A DNA stretch of 64,000 nt from an uncultured Actinomycetota bacterium (GCA_963718725.1 OY970374.1:2259215-2323214); one strand, 5' to 3'; positions 8,640-18,648 are shown, counted from the stretch's first letter. Made by a program: numbers and translations. The notes: generated by a model from the letters alone, not told the origin.

Positions 8640-9845
8640 TCACTGCTGGACGCTGTAGCCGCGTTCGCGCAGCCGCGCGACGACCTGCTCGGCGTGCGGC
8701 TCGCCGCGGGTCTCCATCTGGATCCGTACCTCGACCTCGTCGAGGGCGAGGTTGGCCGAGATCCGCTCGTGGCTGATCTCCAGGATGTTGGCGCCGGCCT
8801 CGCCGAGCTCGGTGATCAGCCGCGCCAGCCCGCCCGGGACGTCGGGGATGCACACCCGCAGGTAGAGGTAGCGGCCGGCCGACGCCATGCCGTGCCGGAT
8901 CACCTTCCCGAGCAGCAGCGGGTCGATGTTGCCCCCCGAGAGCACCGCCACCGTCGGGCAGCCGAACGCCGTGGGGTCGTCGAGCAGCGCCGCGACCGCG
9001 GCCGCGCCGGCCGGCTCGACCACCATCTTGGCCCGCTCGAGCAGCGCCACCAGGGCGCGTGACAGCGACTCCTCGGACACGGTGACGATCTCGTCGACGT
9101 ACTGCTCGACGAAGGCGTAGGTCACGTCGCCGGGCAGCCCCACCGCGATGCCGTCGGCCATCGTCTGCATCGACTCCAGGGCTACCGGCGCTCCCGCGGC
9201 CAGCGAGCCCGGGAACGCCGCGGCGCCCTCGGCCTGCACGCCGACGACCCGGACGTCGGGCCGCGACTGCTTGACCGCGATCGCGATCCCGGCGAGCAGC
9301 CCGCCGCCTCCGGTCGGCACCACCACGGTGGACACGTCGGGTGCCTGCTCGAGGATCTCGAGCCCGCAGCTGGCCTGGCCGGCCACGATGTCGAGGTGGT
9401 CGAAGGGGTGGATCAGCACCGCACCCGTCGCGTCGGAGAACTCGCGGGCCGCGGCGAGCGCGTGCTCGAGGTAGCGGCCGTGGAACACCACGTCGGCGCC
9501 GTACCCGCGGGTCGCCTTCTCCTTCGGGATCGGCGCTCCCTCGGGCATGAAGACCGTCGCCTTGATCCCGAGCATCTGCGCGGCCAGCGCGACCCCCTGC
9601 GCGTGGTTGCCGGCCGAGGCCGCGACCACCCCGTTCGCACGTTCGGCCTCCGACAACCGTGACATCCGCACGAACGCGCCGCGCGCCTTGAAGGACCCGG
9701 TGCGCTGGAGGTTCTCGCACTTCAGGCTGACCGGCCCGCCCGCGAGCGCGGAGAGCCACCGTGAGTCCTCCATCGGGGTCCGTACGGCGACGCCCTCGAG
9801 CAGCTCACGGGCGGCCCGGAGGTCCTCAGGCGTCAGGTCGGTCAC
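8640..9845 (-). CDS. ilvA: Threonine ammonia-lyase (short form with C-terminal ACT-like domain)
   Basis: ORF track, 401 aa. The PLP site is ENLQRTGSFKARGA, followed by ASAGNHAQGVALAA and GGGGLLAG. Confidence 0.85.
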   Translation of the reverse strand: MTDLTPEDLRAARELLEGVAVRTPMEDSRWLSALAGGPVSLKCENLQRTGSFKARGAFVRMSRLSEAERANGVVAASAGNHAQGVALAAQMLGIKATVFMPEGAPIPKEKATRGYGADVVFHGRYLEHALAAAREFSDATGAVLIHPFDHLDIVAGQASCGLEILEQAPDVSTVVVPTGGGGLLAGIAIAVKQSRPDVRVVGVQAEGAAAFPGSLAAGAPVALESMQTMADGIAVGLPGDVTYAFVEQYVDEIVTVSEESLSRALVALLERAKMVVEPAGAAAVAALLDDPTAFGCPTVAVLSGGNIDPLLLGKVIRHGMASAGRYLYLRVCIPDVPGGLARLITELGEAGANILEISHERISANLALDEVEVRIQMETRGEPHAEQVVARLRERGYSVQQ

Positions 9846-11115
9846 CGGTCTCTCCTTCCCCGGACTCGTCGGGCGCGGCCTCTGCCGCGGCCACCTCGAC
9901 CCGATCCTCCTCCAGCTCCAGCTCGGGGTCCTCGGACCCCACCTGGGTGTGGGACGCCAGGTGCTGCACGACCGCGTTGAGCGAGGCCGCCAGCGGGACC
10001 GCGATGAGGGCGCCGACGATGCCCGCGGCCAGCACGCCGCAGCCGATCGCGAGGATGACGCCGAGCGGGTGGAGCGAGACGAACCGGCCCATGAGGAACG
10101 GCTGCAGCACGTGGCCCTCGATCTGCTGCACCAGGACGACGCCGCCGAGCATCAGCAGCGCGGTGATCGGCCCCTGGTCGACCAGCGCCACCAGCACCGC
10201 GACCGAGCCCGCCACCGTCGCTCCCACCATCGGGACGAACGCGCCGAGGAACACCAGCACGCCGATCGCCAGCACGAACGGGACGCCGAGGACGACGGCG
10301 ACGAGCATGATCCCGATCGCGTCGACCGCTGCCACCAGCACCGTGGCCCGGACGAACTTCGTGAGGCTGCTCCAGGCCACCCACCCGCTGTCGTCCATCC
10401 GCTGCCGCGCTGCACGGGGGGCGAGCCGCACGGTCCAGGCCCAGATCCGGCCGCCGTCGGCGAGGAAGAAGTACGTCGAGAAGAGCACGATGAAGAAGCC
10501 GGCGACGGCATGCCCGAGGGCCGTCCCCAGCTCCGCGGTGCGCGACAGCACCCCGCCTTCCGCCGTGCTGTCGGTGATCGCGTCCTGCGTGGCCGCGAGC
10601 GCGTCGTTGATCTGGGTCTCGCTCGCGTTGAGCGGCCCGGTCTTCAGCCAGCCCCGGATCTGCTCGATGCCCTGCACGACCGAGTCCGCCAGGTCGGATG
10701 CGCCGGCTGCCACCTGCGCGCCGACGAACGTCAGGAGCAGCGCCACCGTGGCGAGGCCGGCGAGCACGACGATGCCCGCCCCGAGCGCGCGGGGCACGCC
10801 GATGTCGTGCAGCCGGCGGACGAGCGGACCGACGAGCGCCGAGATGAGGAGGGCGATCGCCACCGGGACCGTGATGACGGCGAAGAACGCGAGCAGCCAG
10901 AGGATCAGGTAAGCGGCGGCGGCGATGACCAGGAAGCGCCAGGACCACGCGGCGGCGAGGTCGACCCCGTAGGGCACCTGCGCCTTGGCGAGGTTGGTGG
11001 TGCCGGCCTCGATCGGCGGCGGTTCGGCGCGGCGCTCGGCCCGCGACATGGCCCACTGGTGGGCGAACCTCTCGGCGAACCGCTGCTGCTCGCTCCGCTC
11101 CGGCTCGCTCGTCAC
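9826..11115 (-). CDS. AI-2E family transporter (PerM/UPF0118)
   Basis: ORF 9826..11850 is trimmed to the GTG at 11113-11115, since GC3 stays high from there. An alternative ATG lies at 11049. The protein is multi-TM (FVPMVGATVAGSVAVLVAL...QQIEGHVLQPFLMG) with an acidic C-tail. Confidence 0.8.
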   Translation of the reverse strand: MTSEPERSEQQRFAERFAHQWAMSRAERRAEPPPIEAGTTNLAKAQVPYGVDLAAAWSWRFLVIAAAAYLILWLLAFFAVITVPVAIALLISALVGPLVRRLHDIGVPRALGAGIVVLAGLATVALLLTFVGAQVAAGASDLADSVVQGIEQIRGWLKTGPLNASETQINDALAATQDAITDSTAEGGVLSRTAELGTALGHAVAGFFIVLFSTYFFLADGGRIWAWTVRLAPRAARQRMDDSGWVAWSSLTKFVRATVLVAAVDAIGIMLVAVVLGVPFVLAIGVLVFLGAFVPMVGATVAGSVAVLVALVDQGPITALLMLGGVVLVQQIEGHVLQPFLMGRFVSLHPLGVILAIGCGVLAAGIVGALIAVPLAASLNAVVQHLASHTQVGSEDPELELEEDRVEVAAAEAAPDESGEGETGDRPDA

Positions 11116-11125
11116 GGGGCTCAGG

Positions 11126-12514
11126 CTACTTCGCGACCGGGGCGGCGCCCGCGAGGCGCCGCGACAGGTCGTACGCCGCCTCCGGGTGGGGCACGGCGAG
11201 CAGTCCGATCGCGCAGAGCGCGTAGTCGTGGTCGACGACCACGCGGGGGACGCGCGGCAGCTGCCAGCCGCCCTCGAGGTCGGCGCCCACGCTCCCCGCG
11301 AGCACGCGGGCGGCAACACCCGGGCGGCCGTTGCGCAGCACGCCACCCGACCCGACCAGCAGGTCGATCTCGCGCAGGTCCTTCCCGCTCCGCTCGACCA
11401 CCCGGCCCTCGGGGCTGACCACCACCCGCGAGCGGCCGGCGTGGCGGCGCAGCGCGAGGTCGACCGCGGCGTGCGCGATCTGCTCGTCGATGCCTGCCTG
11501 CCGCTCGTCGTCGGGCAGGTAGCCCGGCTGCTCCTTGCGGCGGCTCGCCTCGGCCGCGAGCTCGGTGAGCCCCGCCGCCTCGACCGTCGACAGCGCCGAC
11601 CACCGCATGCCGAGGTCGCCCTCGACCGTCCGCGTGACCGGGGTGACGGCCACGACCTCCCGCGACAGCCCTGCCTCCTCCGGGTCGAGCGCGACCACGC
11701 TGTGCACGTCGGTCGTGGCACCCCCGACGTCGACGACGGCCACGTCCCCGGCGCCGGGCCGGTCCTGGCCGAGCCCGCGGGCGAGCAGCTCGACGCCGGC
11801 CAGCACGACGTCCGGCGTGGCGCCGCGGACCATCGCCCGGAAGTCGTCACTGGCGCTGAGGTGCTTGCCGCCGATCACGTGCGCCAGGAACATCTCGCGG
11901 ATCGCCGCCCGGGCACTCTCCGGGGCGAGCACGCCGATCCGCGGCACCACGTTGTCGGCGAGCACGTACGGCGTGCCGCCGTCAGTCAGGAGCGACGCGG
12001 CCTCGGCGTGGGCCTCGACGCTGCCCGCGACGACGACCGGCCCTGCCCACCCCGCCGCGACCAGGCCGCGGGCGCCGTCGACCAGCGACTCGGCGTTGCC
12101 GCCGTCGGTGCCCCCGGTCAGAAGCACGACGTCGGCCTCGAGCCCGGCGAGGCCGGCCAGGTCGTCGCCGCGACCGAACACGCCGACCACCTTGCCGCCG
12201 CTCGACAGCGCCACCCGGCGGCCGGCCTCGGCCGTCACCAGCTCCTCGTTGCCGACGACCGCGATCCGCAGTCCGCCGCCCGCGCTGGAGCACGCGAGCA
12301 CCTCGGCCGTCGCGGTCCGGGTGTCCTGCTCCTGGAGGGCGTCACGGCACGCGGCGTACCCGTCGAGGACGTCGGTGCCGATGGTGGTGGGGTGGCTCGC
12401 CGAGGCCACGATCCGGCCTGCGGCGAGATCGACCAGCGACGCCTTCGTGAACGTCGAACCGAAATCGACGCAGAGAGCGACCTCAGCCAGGTCCTCAACC
12501 ACCGGCGAGTGCAC
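11126..12514 (-). CDS. Glutamate mutase L (GlmL/MutL, ASKHA-fold ATPase) family protein
   Basis: ORF track, 462 aa. Motifs are ALCVDFGSTFTKA, LLTGGTDGGN and VVDVGGATTDVHS. It overlaps metB by 20 nt. Confidence 0.7.
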   Translation of the reverse strand: MHSPVVEDLAEVALCVDFGSTFTKASLVDLAAGRIVASASHPTTIGTDVLDGYAACRDALQEQDTRTATAEVLACSSAGGGLRIAVVGNEELVTAEAGRRVALSSGGKVVGVFGRGDDLAGLAGLEADVVLLTGGTDGGNAESLVDGARGLVAAGWAGPVVVAGSVEAHAEAASLLTDGGTPYVLADNVVPRIGVLAPESARAAIREMFLAHVIGGKHLSASDDFRAMVRGATPDVVLAGVELLARGLGQDRPGAGDVAVVDVGGATTDVHSVVALDPEEAGLSREVVAVTPVTRTVEGDLGMRWSALSTVEAAGLTELAAEASRRKEQPGYLPDDERQAGIDEQIAHAAVDLALRRHAGRSRVVVSPEGRVVERSGKDLREIDLLVGSGGVLRNGRPGVAARVLAGSVGADLEGGWQLPRVPRVVVDHDYALCAIGLLAVPHPEAAYDLSRRLAGAAPVAK

Positions 12515-13661
12515 GGTCGAGGTCGGCGAGCAGGTCGTCGGCGGTCTCGATGCCGACGCTGAGCCGGACGAGGTCCGCCGGGACCTCCAGGTCGGTGCCA
12601 GTCACGCTGGCGTGGGTCATCCGTCCGGGGTGCTCGATCAGGCTCTCGACCCCGCCGAGGGACTCGCCGAGGATGAACACGCGGGTGCGGTCGCACACGG
12701 CCAGCGCCTCGGACTCGCCGCCCGCGACGCGGAACGACACCATCCCGCCGTACCGCCGCATCTGCCGGCTCGCGACCGCGTGGCCGGGGTGCTCCGGCAG
12801 GCCGGGGTAGATCACGTCGGTGACGGCCTCGTGCCCCGTGAGGAACTCGACCACCCGCTCGGCGTTGTCGCAGTGACGGTCCATCCGGACGCCCAGGGTC
12901 TTGAGGCCGCGGTGCGTGAGGAAGCAGTCGAACGGGCCGGCAACCGCGCCCATGGCGTTCTGGTGGAAGCCGATCCGCTCGGCCAGCTCGTGGTCGCGCA
13001 CGACGAGCGCCCCGCCCACGACGTCGGAGTGGCCGCCGACGTACTTGGTGGTGGAGTGCACCACGACGTCGGCGCCGAGCGTCAGTGGCTGCTGGAGGTA
13101 CGGCGTGGCGAACGTGTTGTCAACGACGAGCAGCGCGCCCGCGTCGTGGGCCACTGCCGCGAGCGCCTCGATGTCGGCGACGTTGAGGAGCGGGTTCGTG
13201 GGCGTCTCGACCCAGAGGAGCTTCGTCTCGCCCGGCCGGATCGCGGCCCGGACCGCGTCGACGTCCGACACCGGGGCCGGCGTGTGTGCGAGTCCCCAGG
13301 GCAGGGCGACCTTGTCGAAGAGCCGGAACGTGCCGCCGTACGCGTCGTCCGGCAGCACCACGTGGTCGCCCGGTCCGCACAGGCCGCGGACCAGGGTGTC
13401 CTCGGCGGCGAGGCCGGACGCGAACGCGAACCCGCGCTCGCCGTCCTCGACCGCCGCCAGCGCGCCCTCGAGGGCGGTCCGGGTCGGATTGGCGGACCGG
13501 CTGTACTCGTACCCGCCGCGCAGCCCTCCGACGCCGTCCTGCTTGTAGGTCGAGGTCGCGAAGATCGGCGGGATCACCGCACCGGTCGTGGGGTCCGGCT
13601 CGTAGCCCGCGTGGATCGCCCGGGTGTCGAAGCCGGACTTGTCGGCATGCTCCTGGTTCAC
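12495..13661 (-). CDS. metB: Cystathionine gamma-synthase/lyase (Cys/Met-metabolism PLP enzyme)
   Basis: ORF track, 388 aa, GTG start. Motifs are GFDTRAIHAG, YSRSANPT and HSTTKYVGGHSD (PLP lysine). Confidence 0.8.
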   Translation of the reverse strand: MNQEHADKSGFDTRAIHAGYEPDPTTGAVIPPIFATSTYKQDGVGGLRGGYEYSRSANPTRTALEGALAAVEDGERGFAFASGLAAEDTLVRGLCGPGDHVVLPDDAYGGTFRLFDKVALPWGLAHTPAPVSDVDAVRAAIRPGETKLLWVETPTNPLLNVADIEALAAVAHDAGALLVVDNTFATPYLQQPLTLGADVVVHSTTKYVGGHSDVVGGALVVRDHELAERIGFHQNAMGAVAGPFDCFLTHRGLKTLGVRMDRHCDNAERVVEFLTGHEAVTDVIYPGLPEHPGHAVASRQMRRYGGMVSFRVAGGESEALAVCDRTRVFILGESLGGVESLIEHPGRMTHASVTGTDLEVPADLVRLSVGIETADDLLADLDRALAGG

Positions 13662-13758
13662 GTCCTGAGGCTATCCGCCGCGGCGGGAAGGTTGGGTGGC
13701 GCGGTGTTGTTGGACATGCTGGAGGCACCACAGACCACCTCCGAGGAGGAGCAACCCG

Positions 13759-14403
13759 ATGTTCGGACTGGGCCGCAAGACCGAGATGGTGACCCCGGAG
13801 CAGGCGCTCGGCGGCCGCGACACCCGCCCCTGGCAGCTCGGCGAGCACGTCGTGCTGAAGACGCCGGTCGTCAGCGACGAGGTGCCCGCGGGCCACGAGG
13901 TCGCGATCTTCGGGCTCGGCTGCTTCTGGGGTGCCGAGGAGATCTACTGGCAGCTGCCCGGCGTCTGGGCGACGTCGGTCGGGTACGCCGGCGGCGTCAG
14001 CCCGCACCCGACGTACGAGGAGGTCTGCAGCGGCCGCACCGGTCACACCGAGGCGATCCGGGTCGTCTTCGACCCGTCCGTCGTCTCGTACGCCGACCTC
14101 GTGAAGCGGTTCTTCGAGGTGCACGACCCCACCCAGGGCATGCGTCAGGGCAACGACGTCGGCACCCAGTACCGCTCCGCGATCTACTGGACGACGCCCG
14201 AGCAGGAGCAGACCGCGCGCGAGCTGACCAAGGTCTACGGCGACGAGCTGGCCCGCCGCCGGCTCGGCGACATCACCACCGAGATCCGGCCGGCCTCCGA
14301 GACGCCGTACTTCTACGCCGAGGACGCCCACCAGCAGTACCTCGCGAAGAACCCGTTCGGCTACCGCTGCCACGCCAACACGGGCGTGAAGTTCCCCGCC
14401 TGA
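13759..14403 (+). CDS. msrA: Peptide-methionine (S)-S-oxide reductase
   Basis: ORF 13696..14403 is trimmed to the ATG at 13759 (GAGGAGGAG RBS). The active site is GLGCFWGAEE. Confidence 0.9.
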   Translation: MFGLGRKTEMVTPEQALGGRDTRPWQLGEHVVLKTPVVSDEVPAGHEVAIFGLGCFWGAEEIYWQLPGVWATSVGYAGGVSPHPTYEEVCSGRTGHTEAIRVVFDPSVVSYADLVKRFFEVHDPTQGMRQGNDVGTQYRSAIYWTTPEQEQTARELTKVYGDELARRRLGDITTEIRPASETPYFYAEDAHQQYLAKNPFGYRCHANTGVKFPA

Positions 14404-14479
14404 GCTGTCGATCCGACCCCTGCTCGCTCGTCACTAGGGTGGCGACGGACACCGGGTCCGTTCGAGCGAGGGAGCAGGG

Positions 14480-14839
14480 ATGGCGCAGTACCTCATCTAC
14501 TTCAACCAGCAGTGGGTCGGCGACCACCCGGACGAGTGGTGGGGCACCCGCGTCGAGCCGTCGATGGCGGTGATGCGGGAGATGGAGGCGCAGGGCGTGC
14601 TCGTCTTCGCCGGCGGGCTCGAGGAGGAGGACGGCCCGGTCCACGCGGCTGACGCCACGAGCGGCGAGATCGTCGTGACCGAGGGCCCCTTCGTCGAGCA
14701 CACCGAGTTCCTCGGCGGCCTGACGGTCATCGACGTCCCGGACGAGGAGGACGCGAAGTACTGGGCGGGCCGGGTCGCGGAGGGGTGCGGCTGGCCGCAG
14801 GAGCTCCGCAAGTTCAAGCCGATCCCGGGGTCGGGCTGA
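14480..14839 (+). CDS. YciI-family (YCII-related) protein
   Basis: ORF track, 119 aa: MAQYLIYFNQQW...GVLVFAGGLEE...EGPFVEHTEFLGGLTVIDV. Confidence 0.7.
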   Translation: MAQYLIYFNQQWVGDHPDEWWGTRVEPSMAVMREMEAQGVLVFAGGLEEEDGPVHAADATSGEIVVTEGPFVEHTEFLGGLTVIDVPDEEDAKYWAGRVAEGCGWPQELRKFKPIPGSG

Positions 14840-14842
14840 GGC

Positions 14843-15646
14843 TCAGCCGAGCAGGCCGTCGACGTTCGGCAGGTCCTCGAAGGCCGTGAACGTGCCCTGC
14901 TCGGCGATCTCCCGTGCGGCTGCGAGCCAGCCGCCCCAGGCGGTGCGAGCGAGGGTGCCGCCGACGCTGATCCTCCGCACGCCGGTCGCGGCCGCCTCGG
15001 CGTAGGTGGTGAACGGGGCGTTGACGAGCAGGTTCACGGGCGTGGGGGCGAGGGCGGCGACGATCGCGGCAGCCTCCTCCACGGTCCCGAGCCGTGGGGC
15101 GTAGACGCAGTCGGCGCCGGCCTCGGCGTAGGCCTGCAGCCGCCGGATCGTCTCGGCGAGGTCGGGGCGGCCGACCACGAAGCCCTCGGACCGGCCGGTA
15201 AGCAGCACCCCGGTCCCGCTGTCGTCGATCGCCTGCCGGGCGGCGCGGATCCGGTCGACGGACAGCTCGAGCTCGAGCAGCGGCTCGCGGGGGTCGCCCG
15301 AGGAGTCCTCGATCGAGAGTCCGGCGATGCCGGTGGCGACCGCGAGCGTCACGTTCGCCGCCACGCCGTCGGGGTCGACCGCATGGCCGCCCTCGAAGTC
15401 GGCGTTGACCGGGACGGCGACGGCCGCGGAGACGGCGCGAAGGTGCTCGATCACCTCGGGCAGCGTCGCCTCCGTGTCCGCGCGGCCGACCGTCCAGGCG
15501 AACCCGGCGCTCGTCGTCGCCAGGGCCGGGAAGCCCAGCTGCTCGAGGGCCCGCGCGCTGCCGACGTCCCACGGGTTCGGCATCACGAAGCAGCCGGCGT
15601 CGTGCAGCCGGTGGAACTCGTCGACCCGGTCGGCTTGCACGTCCAT
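14843..15646 (-). CDS. Isocitrate lyase/PEP mutase family protein
   Basis: ORF 14843..15661; the ATG at 15646 is preferred. Motifs are FVMPNPWDVGSARAL, VNADFEGGH and SIEDS. Confidence 0.75.
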   Translation of the reverse strand: MDVQADRVDEFHRLHDAGCFVMPNPWDVGSARALEQLGFPALATTSAGFAWTVGRADTEATLPEVIEHLRAVSAAVAVPVNADFEGGHAVDPDGVAANVTLAVATGIAGLSIEDSSGDPREPLLELELSVDRIRAARQAIDDSGTGVLLTGRSEGFVVGRPDLAETIRRLQAYAEAGADCVYAPRLGTVEEAAAIVAALAPTPVNLLVNAPFTTYAEAAATGVRRISVGGTLARTAWGGWLAAAREIAEQGTFTAFEDLPNVDGLLG

Positions 15647-15834
15647 GTCACACCTCGTCACGGTCGGGACCCCTCACCACAGTGTCGCGGACCGCGGCGC
15701 TCGCGTCACGGGTCGGACACCATGCCCTGACCGAGCCGGGCAAATGACTGAACCGTCACCCTGGGGTACCGGCCTCCGGGGCACCTCCGGCTTATCGTCG
15801 TCCGACCGCACAATCCCGAGGGGGGATCGCATAC

Positions 15835-16770
15835 ATGAAGAAGTTGATGGGCGGCCTGGTCGCCATCGTCAGCGGCGCCGCGCTGCTGGCCCAAACCGTT
15901 CCGGCCCAGGCCATCGTCGGCGGTGCACCCGACGCGGGTGAGCACCCGTACGTCGGCCAGCTGCTGTTCTACGTGCCGGACGCGGTCGACCCGCGCTTCG
16001 ACGAGCCGGGCGCCTGGTTCAACTGCACCGGCACCCTGATCAACGCCGACACGGTCGTCACCGCCGGCCACTGCACGTACGCCGTCGGCACCGAGGGCGA
16101 GCTGCCTCCGGACCCGCTGCACGGCGGGACCGACGTGTGGTTCACCGTGAAGGAGGCGGCCGACTACTCGATGCTGCCGCCCAGCGCCGACTTCATCCCC
16201 GACCGCAACCCCGAGCGGTACGACGCCTACGCGGCGGCGCTCGACGCCAGCCCCACGTGGGCCGAGGCGGAGATGACGTTCACGCACCCGGAGTACGTCG
16301 ACGCGGCGTTCCTGCTCCACGACCTCGGCGTGGTCGAGCTGAGCGAACCTGTCCGCCGATCGGAGTACGGCGCGCTCCCGGAGCCGGACTACCTCGACAC
16401 CTACTACCCGAAGAAGGCCAAGCAGCGCGGTCTCTTCGAGTCGGTGGGCTACGGCCTGGAGGCCAGCGGTCCGAAGTTCTCCTTCGGCGGAGACACCCGA
16501 CGCAAGGCCGACCGCAAGCTCGTGAGCTTCAAGGGTGCCTACGGCCTGAAGAACATCGCGGTGAAGTTCTCGCACAACACCGGCGGGACGTGCTTCGGTG
16601 ACTCTGGAGGCCCGACGTTCGACATCGCCACCCCGGCGATCGCGTCGCAGAACATCATCGTGGCGGTGACGTCGTTCGGCCAGAACTACAACTGCAACGC
16701 GAGTGGCAGCTACCGGATCGACCAGCCGGACGACCTGGCGTTCCTGGCCGACCCGGCCGGCGCCTACTGA
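15835..16770 (+). CDS. Secreted trypsin-like serine protease (S1 family)
   Basis: ORF track, 311 aa. A signal peptide is followed by IVGG. The catalytic motifs are TAGHC and GDSGGP. Confidence 0.8.
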   Translation: MKKLMGGLVAIVSGAALLAQTVPAQAIVGGAPDAGEHPYVGQLLFYVPDAVDPRFDEPGAWFNCTGTLINADTVVTAGHCTYAVGTEGELPPDPLHGGTDVWFTVKEAADYSMLPPSADFIPDRNPERYDAYAAALDASPTWAEAEMTFTHPEYVDAAFLLHDLGVVELSEPVRRSEYGALPEPDYLDTYYPKKAKQRGLFESVGYGLEASGPKFSFGGDTRRKADRKLVSFKGAYGLKNIAVKFSHNTGGTCFGDSGGPTFDIATPAIASQNIIVAVTSFGQNYNCNASGSYRIDQPDDLAFLADPAGAY

Positions 16771-16804
16771 GCCGCCTGACCAGCTGATCCGACCGACGCC
16801 GGCG

Positions 16805-17275
16805 TCAGGTACGGCGGCCACTCGCCAGTGGCTTGCTGAACCAGACGTCGGCGTCGGCGTTCCCGTTGTAGTCGGGCACCCGCTCGTATCCACGGGACTC
16901 GTAGAGGCCCACCGCCGTCGTCAGGGAGCTGTTGGTGTCCAGCAACGCGAACCGTCGCCCGCTCGCGACGATCTGCTCCTCGAGGTGGGCCAGCAGCGCC
17001 GCCGCGAGGCCGCTGCCGCGCGCGTCTGGCGCCACCCACATCCGCTTGATCTCACCCCGCTCGTCGTCGAAGAACTGCACCGCGCCGCACGCGAGCGGCG
17101 GCTCCTCGGCACCCGCGAGCACGAAGACCCCGCGCGGCGGAGCGAACGCCGTCGCCGCGTCGTCCAGCGCCGTCCCGACCTCGAAGCCGAAGGCGGCGCC
17201 GATCTCGGCGAAGTACTCGCTCATGGCCCACCGGGCACCCGGGGACGCGGGGTCGACCACGCGGAACTCAGGCAC
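16805..17275 (-). CDS. GNAT family N-acetyltransferase
   Basis: ORF track, 156 aa. It contains MWVAPDARGSGLAAALL (motif A). Confidence 0.75.
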   Translation of the reverse strand: MPEFRVVDPASPGARWAMSEYFAEIGAAFGFEVGTALDDAATAFAPPRGVFVLAGAEEPPLACGAVQFFDDERGEIKRMWVAPDARGSGLAAALLAHLEEQIVASGRRFALLDTNSSLTTAVGLYESRGYERVPDYNGNADADVWFSKPLASGRRT

Positions 17276-17314
17276 GCCGTCATCCTCTCACCGCGGGTCA
17301 GGGAGACTGGACCC

Positions 17315-18646
17315 GTGAGTGACCTCCCACGCAAGGCAGCCGCGCGCACCGCGCGGCTCGCCGCCCTGCCCCTCGGGTACGCCGGGCGGACGGCCGTCGG
17401 CCTCGGCCGGCGCCTCGGAGGCACGCCGGCGGACGTGGTGCTGACCGGGGTCCAGCAGCGGACGGCCGAGCAGCTGTTCCGCACGCTCGGGGAGCTCAAG
17501 GGCGGCGCGATGAAGTTCGGCCAGGCCCTGAGCGTGCTGGAGGCTGCCCTCCCGGACGACGTGATCGCGCCGTACCGCGAGCACCTCACCGCCCTGCAGG
17601 ACTCCGCTCCCCCGATGCCGACCCAGACCGTGCGTGAGCAGCTGGCCCGTTCGCTCGGCGACGACTGGCGCGAGCGGATCACGTGGCTCGACGGCGCCCC
17701 CGCCGCGGCCGCCAGCATCGGCCAGGTCCACCGCGCGCGGTGGAACGACGGGCGCGACGTCGCGGTCAAGGTGCAGTACCCGGGCGCCGGCGAGGCCCTC
17801 ATGTCCGACCTGCGCCAGCTGGCCCGGGTCGCCCGAGGCGTCGCGCCGGTCTTCCCCGGCCTCGACATCAAGCCGCTCGTCGAGGAGATCCAGGCGCGGG
17901 CGTCCGACGAGCTCGACTACCGCCTCGAGGCCGAGGCGCAGTCGGCGTACGCCGAGGCGTTCGCCGCCGACCACGAGGTCACCGTGCCCGGCGTGGTCGC
18001 CGTGGGTGAGCAGGTGCTGGTCACCGAGTGGCTGGAGAGCCCCCACTCCATGGCCCAGGTGATCCGGCACGGCAGCCAGGAGGAGCGCGACCACTACGGG
18101 AGGATCTTCGTCACGTTCCTGTTCGACGGCCCGACCCGGACCGGGATGCTCCACGCCGACCCGCACCCCGGCAACTTCCGGATCGTGCCCGGGGCCGACG
18201 GATCGCTCGGCCGGATCGGCGTGCTCGACTTCGGGGCGGTCGCGCGGCTGCCGGAGCGCGGGCTGCCGTCGGCCATGGGACGGCTGATCCGGCTCGCGCT
18301 CGACAACGGCGCCGAGGAGCTCGTCGAGGGGCTGCGCGCGGAGGGGTTCATCAAGGACCGGATCCGGATCGAGCCCGAGCAGGTCCTCGACTACCTCGCG
18401 CCGTTCGTGGAGCCCGCACGCTCCGAGACGTTCGCGTTCACGCGCGAGTGGATGCGCGAGCAGTTCGAGCGGATCAACAACCCCCGCAGCCCGTCGTTCG
18501 CGATCGCGACCAAGCTGAACCTGCCGACGTCGTACCTCATGATCCACCGGACCTGGCTCGGCGGGCTCGGCGTGCTGAGCCAGCTCGAGTGCGAGGTGCC
18601 GTTCCGGCGGATCATGGAGCGGCACCTGCCGGGCTTCGCCCTCTGA
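17315..18646 (+). CDS. ABC1/UbiB (AarF) family atypical kinase
   Basis: ORF 16703..18646 is trimmed to the in-frame GTG at 17315 (GGGAG RBS). Motifs are KFGQALS, ASIGQVHRA, VAVKVQYPG and HADPHPGN. Confidence 0.8.
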   Translation: MSDLPRKAAARTARLAALPLGYAGRTAVGLGRRLGGTPADVVLTGVQQRTAEQLFRTLGELKGGAMKFGQALSVLEAALPDDVIAPYREHLTALQDSAPPMPTQTVREQLARSLGDDWRERITWLDGAPAAAASIGQVHRARWNDGRDVAVKVQYPGAGEALMSDLRQLARVARGVAPVFPGLDIKPLVEEIQARASDELDYRLEAEAQSAYAEAFAADHEVTVPGVVAVGEQVLVTEWLESPHSMAQVIRHGSQEERDHYGRIFVTFLFDGPTRTGMLHADPHPGNFRIVPGADGSLGRIGVLDFGAVARLPERGLPSAMGRLIRLALDNGAEELVEGLRAEGFIKDRIRIEPEQVLDYLAPFVEPARSETFAFTREWMREQFERINNPRSPSFAIATKLNLPTSYLMIHRTWLGGLGVLSQLECEVPFRRIMERHLPGFAL

Positions 18647-18648
18647 CC

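Noticed and set aside
13675-13686. The 12-bp perfect palindrome CCGCCGCGGCGG in the metB/msrA divergent spacer. I also checked for a possible SAM riboswitch upstream of metB.
   Set aside because: The 97-nt spacer is too short and lacks the conserved cores of the SAM riboswitch classes I recall. Pure-GC palindromes are common by chance in this composition.
11535-14573. Very long ORFs in the track, such as the 1012-aa plus-strand ORF here. Others are 9547..11418(+), 25049..27439(+), 30582..33032(+), 54825..57143(+), 37597..39630(-), 27912..29183(+) and 22442..23857(-).
   Set aside because: Their translations are Arg/Pro/Gly/Ala-rich and low in complexity. They lie antisense to, or out of frame with, genes that have clear family motifs and the expected high-GC3 pattern. 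These are typical stop-poor shadow frames of very GC-rich DNA.
15662-15834. The 188-nt leader upstream of the secreted S1 protease as a possible riboswitch (for example the c-di-AMP/ydaO class seen upstream of actinobacterial secreted hydrolases).
   Set aside because: I could not recognise the conserved motif cores. I found only short direct repeats (CCTCCGG twice). An Rfam scan would be needed to settle it.
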